A stretch of DNA of 64,000 nt from a virus (Duplodnaviria > Heunggongvirae > Uroviricota > Caudoviricetes), in IMG/VR virus record IMGVR_UViG_3300021400_000932; one strand, 5' to 3'. This document shows, piece by piece, positions 63,878-64,000 of the stretch; the first letter of the stretch is position 1, and every line of letters begins with the position of its first letter. The notes under the pieces were generated by a model. That model was not told where the DNA came from, searched no databases, and worked only from the letters and a program-made list of their open reading frames with translations. The position numbers and the translations under genes were made by a program.

Positions 63878-64000
63878 AGTTGTCCTACTTTCTCACCATA
63901 ATTTATTCTACAGCATATAACGATTAGATATCAAGAATATTATAAAAATCTTGTTCAAAACTGTTATATGGATTAGAATAGCTGCTGACAGGGTTGCTGT

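Noticed and set aside
1-64000. Alternative genetic code (stop-codon reassignment)
   Set aside because: Long genes are intact in code 11, TAA, TAG and TGA all end genes, and no suppressor tRNA is present.
63988-64000. TTGCTGT at the window edge as a fifth motif copy
   Set aside because: It is truncated by the window end, so the helix and AAU partner cannot be verified.

Overview
This is a 64-kb segment of a large, lytic, T4-like myovirus, most likely infecting a Clostridia/Bacillota host (inferred from the holin, lysin and methylase types). All credible genes lie on the minus strand and use the standard genetic code. Region 1-33.4 kb is the virion module: small putative internal head proteins, holin, neck, gp23-like capsid, a gp21-like protease fused to a scaffold-like region, baseplate, two multi-domain tail lysins, tape measure and chaperones. 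Region 33.5-52.3 kb is accessory: thyA, DHFR, five DNA methyltransferase genes (one with an intein, one frameshifted), DHH and HD phosphohydrolases and many small Zn-ribbon ORFs. Region 52.3-54.4 kb holds two endolysins. Region 54.9-63.2 kb is an RNA-rich island with six canonical tRNAs, a tmRNA, coaD/coaE, a tandem RNase H and many non-canonical structured or tRNA-like RNAs. The best candidate for a new system is an operon at 56.3-58.4 kb: a DUF2828-type (Ro60/TROVE-like, vWA) gene preceded by four copies of a covarying RNA motif (7-bp helix flanked by UAACAGCAA and AAU). Two copies are free-standing in the leader, and two are circularly permuted and grafted into the anticodon arms of CCA-ended tRNA bodies. 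Other notable signals are a shared MKRYIKA-type capsid-targeting/cleavage motif, two phage-specific promoter classes and a two-copy 107-nt tRNA-like RNA. All calls come from reading motifs by eye; no database searches were run.
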